A DNA stretch of 64,000 nt from Alphaproteobacteria bacterium (GTDB taxonomy: Bacteria > Pseudomonadota > Alphaproteobacteria > UBA7887). Shown one piece after another: positions 1 to 10,542 of the stretch. The notes under the pieces are model-generated. The model was not told where the DNA came from. It searched no databases and was given only the letters and a program-made list of their open reading frames with translations. How positions within the stretch are numbered: position 1 is the first letter of the stretch; every line of letters begins with the position of its first letter. The position numbers and the translations under genes are program-made. The stretch lies in contig CBDCGL010000011.1 in NCBI GenBank assembly GCA_965216755.1, positions 3,616,001 through 3,680,000 of the forward strand, in the 5' to 3' direction.

Positions 1-2
1 GA

Positions 3-755
3 ACCCGCGATTTTCATTATTTGGCTGCCAAGCCAAGCATGAAGCGCGTCGTACGCGACGCCGATCTCGTGCTCGCCGTGGGCGCCGACCTGGAGGTTGG
101 CTGGCTGCCGCTGGTTCTGGAAGGTTCGCGCAATCCCGGGATTCTGCCAGGTGCGCCGGGCTATTTGGACCTATCGTCCACGGTCACGTTACTTGGCGTC
201 GTCAGCGGCCCGGTCAATCGGGCAATGGGTGACATCCATCCAGACGGCAATCCACATTATTGGCTCGATCCACGCAACGGTATGGCCATTGGACACGCGA
301 TTGCCGATAGGCTGGGTACACTCGATCCCGACAATGCCACGCGCTATCAGGCCCAGGCCGAGGCCTTTGCCAAACGGCTTGGCGAAAGCTTTGCCGCATG
401 GCAAGACCAGGTCGCGTTCCTGCGCGGTCGGAAGTTGATCTCCTACCACCGCTCCTTCACTTACTTGGCGGCCGCCTTCGGATTTGAAATTGTCGGCGAG
501 ATCGAACCGATACCAGGCGTGGATCCGACCGCCAATCATTTGCGAGACCTGGTCGACCGAATCGAACAAGAAGACATCGCCATGATCATTATGGAACCAT
601 ATTACGAGCAGGATACTGCGGCCTTTCTCAAACGGTCCACGGGGATCGCCACGGCGACGATTCCCAGCTCGGTTGGCGGGATGCCCGACGTCGAGACGTA
701 CACCGAATTGTTTGAGTACATCGTCGCGGCGTTGCGTCAGGCCAACGCCGGCTAA
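3..755 (+). CDS. Zn/Mn ABC transporter substrate-binding protein (ZnuA/TroA family), 5'-truncated by the window edge
   Basis: Frame is open from base 3 (TRDFHYLAAKPS). Motifs GDIHPDGNPHYWLDP and YHRSFTYLA. Followed by ATPase and permease genes. Confidence 0.9.
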   Translation, partial: TRDFHYLAAKPSMKRVVRDADLVLAVGADLEVGWLPLVLEGSRNPGILPGAPGYLDLSSTVTLLGVVSGPVNRAMGDIHPDGNPHYWLDPRNGMAIGHAIADRLGTLDPDNATRYQAQAEAFAKRLGESFAAWQDQVAFLRGRKLISYHRSFTYLAAAFGFEIVGEIEPIPGVDPTANHLRDLVDRIEQEDIAMIIMEPYYEQDTAAFLKRSTGIATATIPSSVGGMPDVETYTELFEYIVAALRQANAG

Positions 756-771
756 ATCCGTGCCGGGGCCA

Positions 772-1350
772 ATGGTGGACCGCACCAGCGATCTGTTGAT
801 CGAAATTGCGGACCTTTGCGCCGGCTATGCGCGGCCGGTTGTTGGCCCCGTCTCATTCACCGTGCGCGCGGGCGACGTTGTCGCAATATCCGGCCCCAAC
901 GGCGCCGGCAAATCGACTATGTTGCGGGCGCTGATCGGCGAAGCCACCATATTTTCGGGTGCCATCCGACGCCGCGCATCGCTTCACATTTCCTATCAGG
1001 CACAACGTTTTCCCGAATTCGGCGAATCGCCGCTCACCGGCGGCGACGTGCTCGCCGCCGCGGGTGCCAACCGCGATGCCGTGGGCGAGCCGGTGCGGTC
1101 ATGGCTAAAGTTGCGTCTTGACCGGATGAGCAGCGGTCAACGGCAACAGGTCTTTGTTTGGTCGGTGTTGGCTGCGCCGGCGGACCTCGTGTTGCTCGAC
1201 GAGCCCACGAACAATCTTGATCCTGAAGCCGAAGCTCGTCTCGAGACCATGATTGACGCGGCAGGTCGCGACCGTGCCGTGATCCTGATTAGCCACAACT
1301 CCCAGTTTGCCAAACGTATCTGTGGTCGGATCGTCCGGCTCGCGCCATGA
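772..1350 (+). CDS. Metal ABC transporter ATP-binding protein
   Basis: Walker A GPNGAGKST, signature MSSGQRQ, Walker B LLDEP. ATG at 772 chosen, just after the upstream stop. Confidence 0.9.
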   Translation: MVDRTSDLLIEIADLCAGYARPVVGPVSFTVRAGDVVAISGPNGAGKSTMLRALIGEATIFSGAIRRRASLHISYQAQRFPEFGESPLTGGDVLAAAGANRDAVGEPVRSWLKLRLDRMSSGQRQQVFVWSVLAAPADLVLLDEPTNNLDPEAEARLETMIDAAGRDRAVILISHNSQFAKRICGRIVRLAP

Positions 1351-2150
1351 GCGATATCATTCCGATTGATCCGTTGTTCCGGGTTCCGTTTGCAACCGGC
1401 TTGCTGATCGCAGGGGCAGTGTCTTTGCTCGGGCCCATGGTTCGCTTGCGCGGGGAATGGCTGGGCGCGTTGAGCTATACCCAGGCGGCCGCAGCCGGCG
1501 CCGTGATCGGCACCATCGCCGGACTACCGCCCATGGCCGCTGCCGCTGCCACGGGCGCCTTTGCCGCTATTCTAAAAGCAATTTTGCACCAACACGGCAA
1601 CGACTATCACGGGCTGGTCATCGTGGTTGGTTGGACAATCATGATTCTGGCGATGGCGAATAGTGTCCACGCTAGCTTTATCGGGCAAGCGCTCATCGAC
1701 GGACAGCTTTACTTTGCGGACCTTTGGCGATTTGGCGGCGCCTTGATCGTCGCGGTTGGGCTCATGATTCTGAACCTCACCTTGGCACGCAAAATGCTGA
1801 CCTACAGTGTGTTCGCCGAAACAGCGCGCGCCAACAACGCGCCGGTGCGGCGTCACGTGCTGACCTTCGATGTCGCCGTGGCCATTGCGTTGGGCGTCGC
1901 CGCGTCGACCATGGGCATCATGGCGGCGTTCGCATTGGCTTTGTTGCCCGCCTGGATCACCTTCGCGGTGGCGGCGTCTTGGCGCCAAGCTGTCTGGCTC
2001 AGCGTAGGGCTGTCGCTTGCGGCATATATGGCCGCGTTTTACGTGGCGCTGGTGTTAGACCAGCCGTTCGGTCCGGTCTTTGTCGCCACGCTTGTCCTCT
2101 TGTTGCCAATACGCTGGCTCGCCAGGCGCAGCGTTCAGATTCGGGAATGA
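1347..2150 (+). CDS. Metal ABC transporter permease (ZnuB-like)
   Basis: Multi-pass hydrophobic protein with an ATGA overlap to the ATPase gene; operon context. Confidence 0.85.
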   Translation: MSDIIPIDPLFRVPFATGLLIAGAVSLLGPMVRLRGEWLGALSYTQAAAAGAVIGTIAGLPPMAAAAATGAFAAILKAILHQHGNDYHGLVIVVGWTIMILAMANSVHASFIGQALIDGQLYFADLWRFGGALIVAVGLMILNLTLARKMLTYSVFAETARANNAPVRRHVLTFDVAVAIALGVAASTMGIMAAFALALLPAWITFAVAASWRQAVWLSVGLSLAAYMAAFYVALVLDQPFGPVFVATLVLLLPIRWLARRSVQIRE

Positions 2151-2189
2151 TCGGCCGGGCCGAAGGTCTTGTTGTCGAATTTGCTCGGA

Positions 2190-3449
2190 TCAATCGTAAG
2201 TGCGCACGTCGTCGATGACCTTACCGTCGTTGGCAAGGCTGCCTGGTGCGACCAGTGTCACCGTGCCGCGCAGTTTGCACACCGCCTGTAGGGTCGCGGC
2301 AATTTGCGCTTCCAGATCGGCGCTGCCGGCGTCGGTTTCGCAATGCAGGGTCATGACATCGACATGGTCGACGCTGTCGACCACCAAACGCGCTTTGCCG
2401 ATTTCATCATGGCGCGCCACGACTTGCGCGATTTGCCCGGGATGGACAAACATGCCCTTCACCTTTGTGGTTTGATCCGCGCGTCCCATCCACCCCTTGA
2501 TACGCATATTGGTGCGTCCACATGGTGACGCGCCGGCCATCACCGCCGACATGTCGCCGGTGGCGAAGCGGATTAACGGGTAGACCGGGTTCAGCGCGGT
2601 TACCACCACTTCGCCGACCTCGCCGTCGGGTACCGGATCGCCGGTGCCCGGGCGGACGATTTCGACGATCACGCCTTCGTCGACAACCATGCCTTCGCGC
2701 GCCGGTGTTTCATAGGCGACCAAGCCCAGATCGGCGGTGCCATAGGATTGCAGAACGGTCACGCTGCGGCTGGCGAAATCGGCGCGCAGGCTTTCCGGCA
2801 AGGCCTCGCCGCCGACCGCCGCATGGGTCAGGCTGCCGGCATCGATCCCAAGCTCGCCCGCTTTCTCCAACAGAATACGCAGGAATGAAGGTGTGCCGAC
2901 ATAACGATTGGGACGGACGGCGCCAATCACCTGCACTTGCTGTTCGGTATTGCCGACACCACCCGGGATGACAGCGCAGCCACAGGCATGGGCGCCCGTC
3001 TCCATCATGTGGCCGGCCGGTGTCAGGTGATAGGCGAAGCAGTTGAGTGCCACGTCGCCGGGGCGAAAGCCGGCCGCGAACAGGGCGCGGCCCATGCGCC
3101 AGAAATCGCCCGCGCGCATGCCGGGTTCATAGATCGGCCCGGGCGACGAAAAAATCCAGCTGACATCGCCGGTGGCCTTGGTGGTCAAACCGCCAAACGG
3201 TCGCGTCGCCGCCTGGCGTTCGCCCAACGAGGATTTGCGTGTCACCGGCAGTTGGGCCAACGCGGCGCGGTCGGTGATATCGCCGGGGGCCACGCCATGC
3301 AGTATTTCCGCCCATCCCGGCGCGTCGGCTTGCGCCGTGGTGATTTGTTCCTGCAAGGCATCAAACTGGGCGCGTTCGCGCATGTCGGGATCGCGGGTCT
3401 CCAAGGCGTCGAAAAAGGCACCGTTAGCTACGGCCGCATCATTGCTCAT
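2190..3449 (-). CDS. Phenylacetate-CoA ligase family protein (PaaK-like)
   Basis: Motifs FSSPGPIYEP, QSYGTADLG, RFATGD, GRADQTTKVKGMFVHP. Start placed at MSNDAA. Confidence 0.85.
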   Translation of the reverse strand: MSNDAAVANGAFFDALETRDPDMRERAQFDALQEQITTAQADAPGWAEILHGVAPGDITDRAALAQLPVTRKSSLGERQAATRPFGGLTTKATGDVSWIFSSPGPIYEPGMRAGDFWRMGRALFAAGFRPGDVALNCFAYHLTPAGHMMETGAHACGCAVIPGGVGNTEQQVQVIGAVRPNRYVGTPSFLRILLEKAGELGIDAGSLTHAAVGGEALPESLRADFASRSVTVLQSYGTADLGLVAYETPAREGMVVDEGVIVEIVRPGTGDPVPDGEVGEVVVTALNPVYPLIRFATGDMSAVMAGASPCGRTNMRIKGWMGRADQTTKVKGMFVHPGQIAQVVARHDEIGKARLVVDSVDHVDVMTLHCETDAGSADLEAQIAATLQAVCKLRGTVTLVAPGSLANDGKVIDDVRTYD

Positions 3450-3481
3450 GTTCGTCTCCGCTGGCGACGTTCCGGCCCCGG

Positions 3482-4336
3482 TCACAGCCAACGCTTGCGT
3501 CGCTTAAAGGACTTCAGGTTCTTGAACGATTTGCGGGCGTCGTCGCCGTCGGCGCCTTTGCCCAGATAAAATTCTTTGACGTCTTCGTTGTTTTGCAGCT
3601 CGTCGGACGAGCCGTCCAACACGATTTTGCCGCTCTCCATGATGTAGCCGAAGCCGGCCGCCTGCAACGCCAGGCGGGCATTCTGTTCGACCAACAAAAT
3701 CGTGATGCCTTGGTCACGGTTGATGCGCCGAATGATTGAGAACACTTCCTTGACCAACAGCGGCGACAGTCCCATGGACGGTTCGTCCATCAAGATCAGT
3801 TCGGGCTTTGCCATCAAGGCGCGGCCAATCGCCAACATCTGTTGCTCGCCGCCCGACAGATAGCCGGCTAATCCAGACCGTTCCTTGAGCCGTGGGAAAT
3901 AGCCGAAGACCATGTCGATGTCATCGGAGATATCGCCTTTGGGGCGTGTGTAGGCGCCAAGTCGTAGATTCTCCAGCACGGTCATGTCGGCGACGATGCG
4001 CCGTCCTTCCATAACCTGGAACACGCCCTTGCGGACGATTTGCTCGGGATCGATGCCGTCGATGCGCTTACCGGCGAAGCGAATATCGCCGCGCGTGACC
4101 TCTCCGTCCTCGGTTTTCAAGAGTCCCGATATGGCCTTCAGCGCGGTTGATTTGCCGGCGCCGTTGGCACCAAGCAGGGCGACAATCTCCCCCTTCGGCA
4201 CCGCCAGGCTGACGCCACGCAGCACCAAAATAACGTCGCTATAGACAACCTCGATATTGTTGACAGACAGAAGCGGCGCCGCGGCGGTCTCCGCGGCGAC
4301 ACCGTCGGTGGCCGCGTTGGCTACAGCCCCAGCCAT
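3482..4336 (-). CDS. Liv-type ABC transporter ATP-binding protein (LivF-like)
   Basis: GANGAGKST, LSGGEQQMLAIGRALM, MDEPSMGLSP. The ORF-track N-terminus overlaps the binding-protein gene, so the start was trimmed. Confidence 0.9.
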   Translation of the reverse strand: MAGAVANAATDGVAAETAAAPLLSVNNIEVVYSDVILVLRGVSLAVPKGEIVALLGANGAGKSTALKAISGLLKTEDGEVTRGDIRFAGKRIDGIDPEQIVRKGVFQVMEGRRIVADMTVLENLRLGAYTRPKGDISDDIDMVFGYFPRLKERSGLAGYLSGGEQQMLAIGRALMAKPELILMDEPSMGLSPLLVKEVFSIIRRINRDQGITILLVEQNARLALQAAGFGYIMESGKIVLDGSSDELQNNEDVKEFYLGKGADGDDARKSFKNLKSFKRRKRWL

Positions 4337-5562
4337 TCCGGCCGCCGCTCCAATTGGGCGATATAGATTTCTTCCATGCCGCGCACGTCGCCGGCGACCT
4401 TGCCGCGATAGACCTTGACCGTTGTGGTCCCGCGGTGATCGGTGTCGGTCCAGGTCGACGGCAGACAGACACCTTCGAGCCCGTTCGGCACCCAGTCGGC
4501 GCGACTTTCCATCGCGGCCTTGACATTGGCGCCCGTGATGCCGCCGGCGGCATCGGCCGCTTCCAGCGCCTCTTTCATGAAGAACGCCGAGCAGATACCG
4601 CGCAGGTAATGCAACCGCCGCGGTTCCGCGCCCGACGGGTCCGACATCTTGGAGATCTCGCGCACCAGCGCCATGCCCGGCACGTCGTCGCCCCACCGGG
4701 CCGCGCCGACCACCCATACCACGCCGTCCGCGGCGTCGCCCGCTGCCTCCATGGCATTTTCGTCATAGCCCCAAATGTTGGCCATGAATTGGACGTCGAC
4801 GCCAACCGTGGCGCACGATTTCATAACCGAAATGTTGGATCCGGTGGTGTTGGCGAGAAACGCGTAATTGGCGCCGGCCTCCTGCAGGGTCAGGCATTGC
4901 GCCTTAAAGTCACCCGGTTGCAACGAATACACGATCGTCGGCACAACCTCGAAACCGAGTTCGGTTGCATAGGATTCGCAAGCCTTTTTCGGCGCGTTCG
5001 GATAGGGATGGTTGTCGCCCATATGAACATAGCGGGGTGTGCCGGCCTCGCCGCGCGCATCCCAGTCCTGCCGCGCCCATTCGACCAACGCGCGGCAGCC
5101 ATCCGAATAAGACGGCCCATAGAAAAAGTTATAGGGGGCGGCTGCCTGCGTTTCCGGCCCAATCCCGGTCGGATCGGTGAGATGGCCGGAATAAGAGGCG
5201 GAGAAGTAGGGGATCTCGTCGCGTGCAACGAACTTGACCAAGGCCTCCGTGTCGGCGGTGCCCCAACCCTGGATCGCGGCGACATCGCCTTGCGAGGTCC
5301 AGCGCTTGTAGGCGGAAATGGCCTGCGGCGCCTTGTAGGAATAGTCAATCGCGTCGACGTTGAGCGGCTTGCCGTTGACGCCGCCATTGGCATTGATCCA
5401 CGCCAAGGCGTCGGTGATGCCCTGCGTATAGACCTTTCCGACGCCTGATGTCGGGCCGCTCAGGTCCATCAGCTGGCCGACAAAGATGGAATCTTGTGCG
5501 CCCGCAGCGCCAGACGCGGCCAACACCGCCGCACATGTGATGGCAATGCGCATGGTTTTCAT
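4321..5562 (-). CDS. Liv-type ABC transporter substrate-binding protein
   Basis: Signal peptide, then DLSGPTS and GWGTADTEAL; located in a Liv-type cluster. Confidence 0.9.
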   Translation of the reverse strand: MKTMRIAITCAAVLAASGAAGAQDSIFVGQLMDLSGPTSGVGKVYTQGITDALAWINANGGVNGKPLNVDAIDYSYKAPQAISAYKRWTSQGDVAAIQGWGTADTEALVKFVARDEIPYFSASYSGHLTDPTGIGPETQAAAPYNFFYGPSYSDGCRALVEWARQDWDARGEAGTPRYVHMGDNHPYPNAPKKACESYATELGFEVVPTIVYSLQPGDFKAQCLTLQEAGANYAFLANTTGSNISVMKSCATVGVDVQFMANIWGYDENAMEAAGDAADGVVWVVGAARWGDDVPGMALVREISKMSDPSGAEPRRLHYLRGICSAFFMKEALEAADAAGGITGANVKAAMESRADWVPNGLEGVCLPSTWTDTDHRGTTTVKVYRGKVAGDVRGMEEIYIAQLERRPEWLGL

Positions 5563-5622
5563 CGCGAATCCTCCATAGCCCGCTTTGCTTAACGGCCGAT
5601 CCTCTGCTGCTCGACGCCCGCT

Positions 5623-6687
5623 TCAATAAGAGAACGGATACAGCTTCCAATAGGCCTTTATTTGTCGCCAACGGTGGGCCAACCCGTCGGGTTCGAAAAT
5701 CAAGAATAACACGATGGCCAAGCCGATCGCAGCCTCCTTCAAATAGGCAAGGCCGCTGGTGATGGCGGGTATGTTGCCCCAGCTGGTGGCGCCGATCAGG
5801 CGCACACTGCCTTCCATCACTTCGGGCAGCGCGACGATAAACACAGTGCCCAGTAGCGTTCCCATCACGGATCCCAAGCCGCCGATGATGATCATGCCCA
5901 AGAACTGAATCGACAGTAGAATGGTGAACGCCTCGACCGAAACGAAGCCGAGATAGTGGCCATACAGTGCGCCGCCGATGCCGGCATAAAACGACGAAAC
6001 GCCGAACGCCATGATCCGATATTTGGTTAAATTGACGCCCATCATTTCGGCTGACAGGTAATGGTCGCGCAAGGCGACAAAGGCACGGCCTTCGCGCGTG
6101 CGCAGCAAATTCGCGGCGCCGAAATACATGACGATGAGATAGGCCAAGACGACGTAGAAAAAGCTTTGATCGCTGATCGCCTGCCAGCCGAAGATTGAAA
6201 ACGGTTCCGCCAGAGCGCCGGCGGCGCCACCGGAAAACCACCCAGCGCGGGCGAAAAAATCCTGCAAGATGAACTGCGCGGCGAAAGTCGCGATGGCGAG
6301 ATAGAGACCCTTGATGCGTCCGGCCGGGATGCCGACGATCAGACCCACGGCCGTGGTCCACAACGCCGCAAGCGGTATCGCGAAGAAAACCGGAATGCCG
6401 AAATTGTTGTTCAGATAGGCGGAGGCGAACGCGCCAAAACCGAAGAATGCCGCGTGGCCGATCGAGATTTGTCCGGTGAAGCCGGTCAATAGATTGAGGC
6501 CAAGCGCGGCGATGCCGAAATAGCCGATCTGGATCAGCAGGTTGAGGTAGTAGTTGTTGAGCACCATTGGCGCCAACGCCAACACCACCAAGCCGAGCCA
6601 AAGCGCGCGCCGCGACCAGGGGGTGGCGAAGATGGTCGTGTCGCCCTTGTAGGTGGTCTTGAACTCGCCGCAATTGATCATCGACAC
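5623..6687 (-). CDS. Liv-type ABC transporter permease (LivM-like)
   Basis: GLNLLTGFTGQISIGHAAFFG and MIIIGGLGS. Confidence 0.9.
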   Translation of the reverse strand: MSMINCGEFKTTYKGDTTIFATPWSRRALWLGLVVLALAPMVLNNYYLNLLIQIGYFGIAALGLNLLTGFTGQISIGHAAFFGFGAFASAYLNNNFGIPVFFAIPLAALWTTAVGLIVGIPAGRIKGLYLAIATFAAQFILQDFFARAGWFSGGAAGALAEPFSIFGWQAISDQSFFYVVLAYLIVMYFGAANLLRTREGRAFVALRDHYLSAEMMGVNLTKYRIMAFGVSSFYAGIGGALYGHYLGFVSVEAFTILLSIQFLGMIIIGGLGSVMGTLLGTVFIVALPEVMEGSVRLIGATSWGNIPAITSGLAYLKEAAIGLAIVLFLIFEPDGLAHRWRQIKAYWKLYPFSY

Positions 6688-6705
6688 GACGCGTATGCCC
6701 CACGG

Positions 6706-7599
6706 TCAAACACGCTCGATGTCCTCGGTGCCGAACAAGCCATAGGGTTTGATCATCAAAATGATGATCAGCACGTAGAACGGCGCCACTTGCGACAGGC
6801 CGCCATAGTGCAGAAACTGGCTGTCCACCCATTCGGCCAGCGCCTCGAGCACGCCAATGATCAGGCCCCCAACAACGCCGCCGACGATCGAGTCCAGACC
6901 ACCCAAAATGACCGCCGGAAACACTTTGATGCCGAAAAACGACAATGCCGAGGAAACGCCGTTGACCATGCCGACCACGATTCCCGCCAACGCCGAAACA
7001 ACTGCGGAAATCGCCCACGATGCCGCGAACACACGTTTGATCGACACACCCAGCGACTGCGCCACTTGTTGATCGAAGGCGGTCGCGCGCATCGCCAGGC
7101 CAAGGCGCGAATACTGAAAAAAGTAGGCAAACGCTGCCATAATGGCGAGCGCGACGACCGCGCTCATCAAATAGATGGTTTGCACCTGGAGACCCAACAC
7201 GGAAACCGACTCGGCCGCGAAGACCTGCGGAAACGGTTTCACGAACACGCCGAACATCCACTTCATGATCGCCTGGAAGAAAATCGACAATCCGATGGTG
7301 ACCATGATCACCGAGATGATCGGTTCGCCGATCATCGGCCGCAGCACGACCACCTGCAGCACGATGCCAAACAGCGTCATGAAAGCGAACGTCAGCAGGC
7401 AGGCCCAAAAGAACGGCACCTGCAGATCGACCATGACCCACCATGCCACCCAGGCGCCGACCAGCAAAAACTCACCTTGGGCGAAATTGACGATCTGCGA
7501 GGCCTTGTAGATCAGCACAAAGCTCATCGCGACCAGGGCATACAGCGTGCCGACGATAACGCCGTTGACCAGAAGTTGTACCAGTAGGCTACCGCTCAT
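6706..7599 (-). CDS. Liv-type ABC transporter permease (LivH-like)
   Basis: VNFAQGEF, GLAMRA, VILGGLDSI, KPYGLFG. Confidence 0.9.
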   Translation of the reverse strand: MSGSLLVQLLVNGVIVGTLYALVAMSFVLIYKASQIVNFAQGEFLLVGAWVAWWVMVDLQVPFFWACLLTFAFMTLFGIVLQVVVLRPMIGEPIISVIMVTIGLSIFFQAIMKWMFGVFVKPFPQVFAAESVSVLGLQVQTIYLMSAVVALAIMAAFAYFFQYSRLGLAMRATAFDQQVAQSLGVSIKRVFAASWAISAVVSALAGIVVGMVNGVSSALSFFGIKVFPAVILGGLDSIVGGVVGGLIIGVLEALAEWVDSQFLHYGGLSQVAPFYVLIIILMIKPYGLFGTEDIERV

Positions 7600-7601
7600 G
7601 A

Positions 7602-9542
7602 CTAAGCCGCCTTTGACCGCGCCGGCCCTGAGACCAGGTCGACGATGGCCAGATCGGTGCGAATGCGCTGCTTGGTGCCGTCCTGATAGGTGATCTCGGT
7701 ATCAACATGAACTGACTCGGCGCCGCCATACAAGGCGTCGATCAGCCCGGCATAGCGGTCATTGATGACATCGCGGCGGACCTTGCGGGTGCGGGTCAGT
7801 TCGCCGTCATCGGCGTCCAATTCTTTGTACAGCAGCAGAAAGCGCTGGACCTGTTGCGTTTCGGGCAGTGTCGCGTTGACTCGTTCCATCTCGCCGCGCA
7901 CCAGGTCATAAACCTCCGGTCGGCTCGACAGATCCGTATAGGTGGTAAAGCTGATCCGCCGCTTCTCCGCCCATTTGGACACGATGGCGTAGCGGATGCA
8001 GATGATCGCGGTCAAGAACGGGCGTTGATGGCCGAGCACGACCGCCTCGCCGACAAAGGTCGAGAACTTGATCTTGTTCTCGATATATTGCGGGGAAAAC
8101 CGCGTGCCGGCACCGGTCGTGGCCAGGTCGCGCACGCGGTCGATCACCACTAGATGATTCTTGTCGTTGAAATAGCCGGCGTCGCCGGTATGCATCCAAC
8201 GCGCGGCGTCGATCGTTTCGGCGGTCGCCGCGTCGTTCTTGTAATAGCCGACAAACATGCCTTCGTGGCGGGTAAGGATTTCACCAACGCCGTTGGCGTC
8301 CGGTTCGTCGATGCGAATTTCCGTATTGTCGAAGGCCTGTCCGACCGTATCGAAATCGACATCGTCCTTGGCATGAATGGTATAGGCACCGGCCAATTCG
8401 GTTTGGCCATAGAGTTGCCGCAGCGGCACGCCCATGGCCAAAAAGAATTTGAAGGTGTCGGGGCCCAGCGCCGCGCCACCTGTTGCCGCCGATTTCAAAA
8501 AGGTGAACCCGACGCTGTCTCTCAGTTTGCGAAACAATAATTTGTCGGCGATCCATGAACGCCGGCCGTTGTCCAGCGCCGCCATGCCGACTTTCATGCC
8601 CAGGTCGTACATGCGCTGTTTGAACCACGAGGCATCCATCATCCGCGCCCGCATGTCGGCGGCGATTTGCTCCCAGGCGCGGGGCGCGAACAGCACGAAC
8701 GATGGCCCGATCTCGCGCAGATCGGCCATCGTCGTTTCCTGCTCCTCAACGAAGTTTACCCGCAAGCGACACAACAAGGGCTGGGCGACCACGTAGACCT
8801 GTTCGATGATCCAGGGCAGCGGTAAAACCGAGACATAGTCGTCATCTGCCCCCTTTGGGTCGGCATGCAGATAGGCAGCGCTGTGCTTGAGAAATGCGCC
8901 AGCCTGCATCATCGATAATTTCGGGTGCGACGTGGTGCCCGAGGTTGTGATCAGCATCGCGACGTCGTCGCCACGGCCCGCGGCCACAAGATCATCGTAA
9001 AGACCTGATTGTTCCAGATCGAGCGCGTCACCATGGTGCTTGAGCGCTGTGAGGTTGATCAAACGCGGGTCATCATATTTGCGCATGCCACGCGGATCAT
9101 TGAACACGATATGGCGCACGCTCGGAATGCGGTCACCCAGGTTGAGCAGCTTATCGACCTGTTCCTCGTCCTCGGCGAAGATCAGCGGACATTCGGCAAA
9201 TCCGATCAAATAGGCGACTTCTTCGTCGATGGCGTCTTGGTAAATGCCCAGGCTCATGGCGCCGGCAGCGTGGGTGGCCAGCTCGGCCCACACCCAATTG
9301 GGCCTGTTCTTGCCGATGATCCCGACGACTTGGTTCTTGCCGACGCCGAAATTGTGCAGCCCGAGCGCCATGGCGCGCACCTGCTTTTGATAGTCGGCCC
9401 AACTATATTCGTTCCAGATGCCGAAATCCTTCTCGCGCATGGCGATGGCGTTGGGCCATTGGGCGGCGTTGTGGGCGAGCAATTTCGGATAGGTATCCAG
9501 CTGTTCAATATCAGGCAGGGTGATCATGGCAGGTGCGGTCAC
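7602..9542 (-). CDS. Long-chain acyl-CoA ligase (AMP-binding family)
   Basis: TTSGTTSHPK, YGQTE, WMHTGD. GTG at 9542 overlaps the upstream stop (GTGA); ATG at 9527 is an alternative start. Confidence 0.9.
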   Translation of the reverse strand: MTAPAMITLPDIEQLDTYPKLLAHNAAQWPNAIAMREKDFGIWNEYSWADYQKQVRAMALGLHNFGVGKNQVVGIIGKNRPNWVWAELATHAAGAMSLGIYQDAIDEEVAYLIGFAECPLIFAEDEEQVDKLLNLGDRIPSVRHIVFNDPRGMRKYDDPRLINLTALKHHGDALDLEQSGLYDDLVAAGRGDDVAMLITTSGTTSHPKLSMMQAGAFLKHSAAYLHADPKGADDDYVSVLPLPWIIEQVYVVAQPLLCRLRVNFVEEQETTMADLREIGPSFVLFAPRAWEQIAADMRARMMDASWFKQRMYDLGMKVGMAALDNGRRSWIADKLLFRKLRDSVGFTFLKSAATGGAALGPDTFKFFLAMGVPLRQLYGQTELAGAYTIHAKDDVDFDTVGQAFDNTEIRIDEPDANGVGEILTRHEGMFVGYYKNDAATAETIDAARWMHTGDAGYFNDKNHLVVIDRVRDLATTGAGTRFSPQYIENKIKFSTFVGEAVVLGHQRPFLTAIICIRYAIVSKWAEKRRISFTTYTDLSSRPEVYDLVRGEMERVNATLPETQQVQRFLLLYKELDADDGELTRTRKVRRDVINDRYAGLIDALYGGAESVHVDTEITYQDGTKQRIRTDLAIVDLVSGPARSKAA

Positions 9543-10366
9543 GCCGCCGACAACGTATCGTCGTCGTCGACCAACAGGTCGTCTTCCTCGCCCAGATAAG
9601 CGCGTTTGACATGTTCGTTGGCCATCACTTCGTCCGGATCGCCCTCGGCAATTTTCTTGCCGAAGTCGAGCACCATAATACGGTGCGAGATATCCACGAC
9701 CACGCCCATATCGTGTTCGATCATGATCGTGGTAATGCCCCATTCCTCGTTAAGATCGACGATGAACCGGGCCATGTCTTCCTTTTCTTCCAGGTTCATG
9801 CCGGCCATCGGTTCATCAAGCAAGATCAGCTTGGGTTCAATCGCCATGGCGCGCGCCAGTTCGACACGCTTGCGCAAGCCATAGGGCAGGGTGCCGGCAA
9901 TCGATTTGCGGACATGCTGGATTTCCAGGAAGTCGATGATTTCCTCGACCCGTCGGCGATGGCGCAGCTCTTCGGCCTGGGCGCCGCCGACCCAATAGAG
10001 CATGCCGCGCAACAACCCGGATTTGAGCTGGTGGTGGCGGCCGACCATGATGTTGTCGAGCACGGTCATATGATTGAACAGAGCCAGGTTTTGAAAGGAC
10101 CGGCCGATACCTAGCTTGGCGCGGGCGTTGGGGCGCAGGCGATCGATTGACTCGCCATCGAACAGGATCGTGCCTTCGGTTGGTTTGTAGCGTCCCGAAA
10201 CACAATTGAGCATGGATGTTTTGCCGGCGCCGTTCGGCCCGATGATCGAAAACAGCGATCCGCGGTCGACCGAAAAGCTGACATCGGTCAGCGCCTTGAC
10301 GCCACCGAAACGCAGCGATACGCCGCGCGCTTCAAGCAGCGGTGTGGTGTCGGTCGGATGCTCCAT
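9539..10366 (-). CDS. Liv-type ABC transporter ATP-binding protein (LivG-like)
   Basis: GPNGAGKTS, LPYGLRKRVELARA, LLDEPMAG, IEHDM. Start placed at MEHPT. Confidence 0.9.
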   Translation of the reverse strand: MEHPTDTTPLLEARGVSLRFGGVKALTDVSFSVDRGSLFSIIGPNGAGKTSMLNCVSGRYKPTEGTILFDGESIDRLRPNARAKLGIGRSFQNLALFNHMTVLDNIMVGRHHQLKSGLLRGMLYWVGGAQAEELRHRRRVEEIIDFLEIQHVRKSIAGTLPYGLRKRVELARAMAIEPKLILLDEPMAGMNLEEKEDMARFIVDLNEEWGITTIMIEHDMGVVVDISHRIMVLDFGKKIAEGDPDEVMANEHVKRAYLGEEDDLLVDDDDTLSAA

Positions 10367-10471
10367 CGCCTCGCCCAATTCCGATCGGCCGCAGAGCGGC
10401 CTTCGGCACAAGACGTGCGAGGTAAGCGGTTCGGCCGCGCCCCGTCAAGCCCCGCGTCGCGGCAAGCAGGC

Positions 10472-10506
10472 CGGCCCTTTGACAGGGCCGCGCGGCGCGC
10501 CATAGT
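10472..10506 (+). promoter_or_regulatory. Putative sigma70 promoter of boxCB with an inverted repeat over the -35 box
   Basis: TTGACA (10479-10484), 16-nt spacer, CATAGT (10501-10506). The -35 box lies inside CGGCCCT-N5-AGGGCCG. Confidence 0.45.
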
Positions 10507-10542
10507 GTTGGCGCGCATTCGACCGACCCGTCAGGCACGTTA

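Noticed and set aside
5345-7444. 699-aa minus-strand ORF and many other long alternative-frame ORFs
   Set aside because: They overlap well-supported genes, are Arg/Gly/Pro-rich without motifs, and are expected shadows in high-GC DNA.
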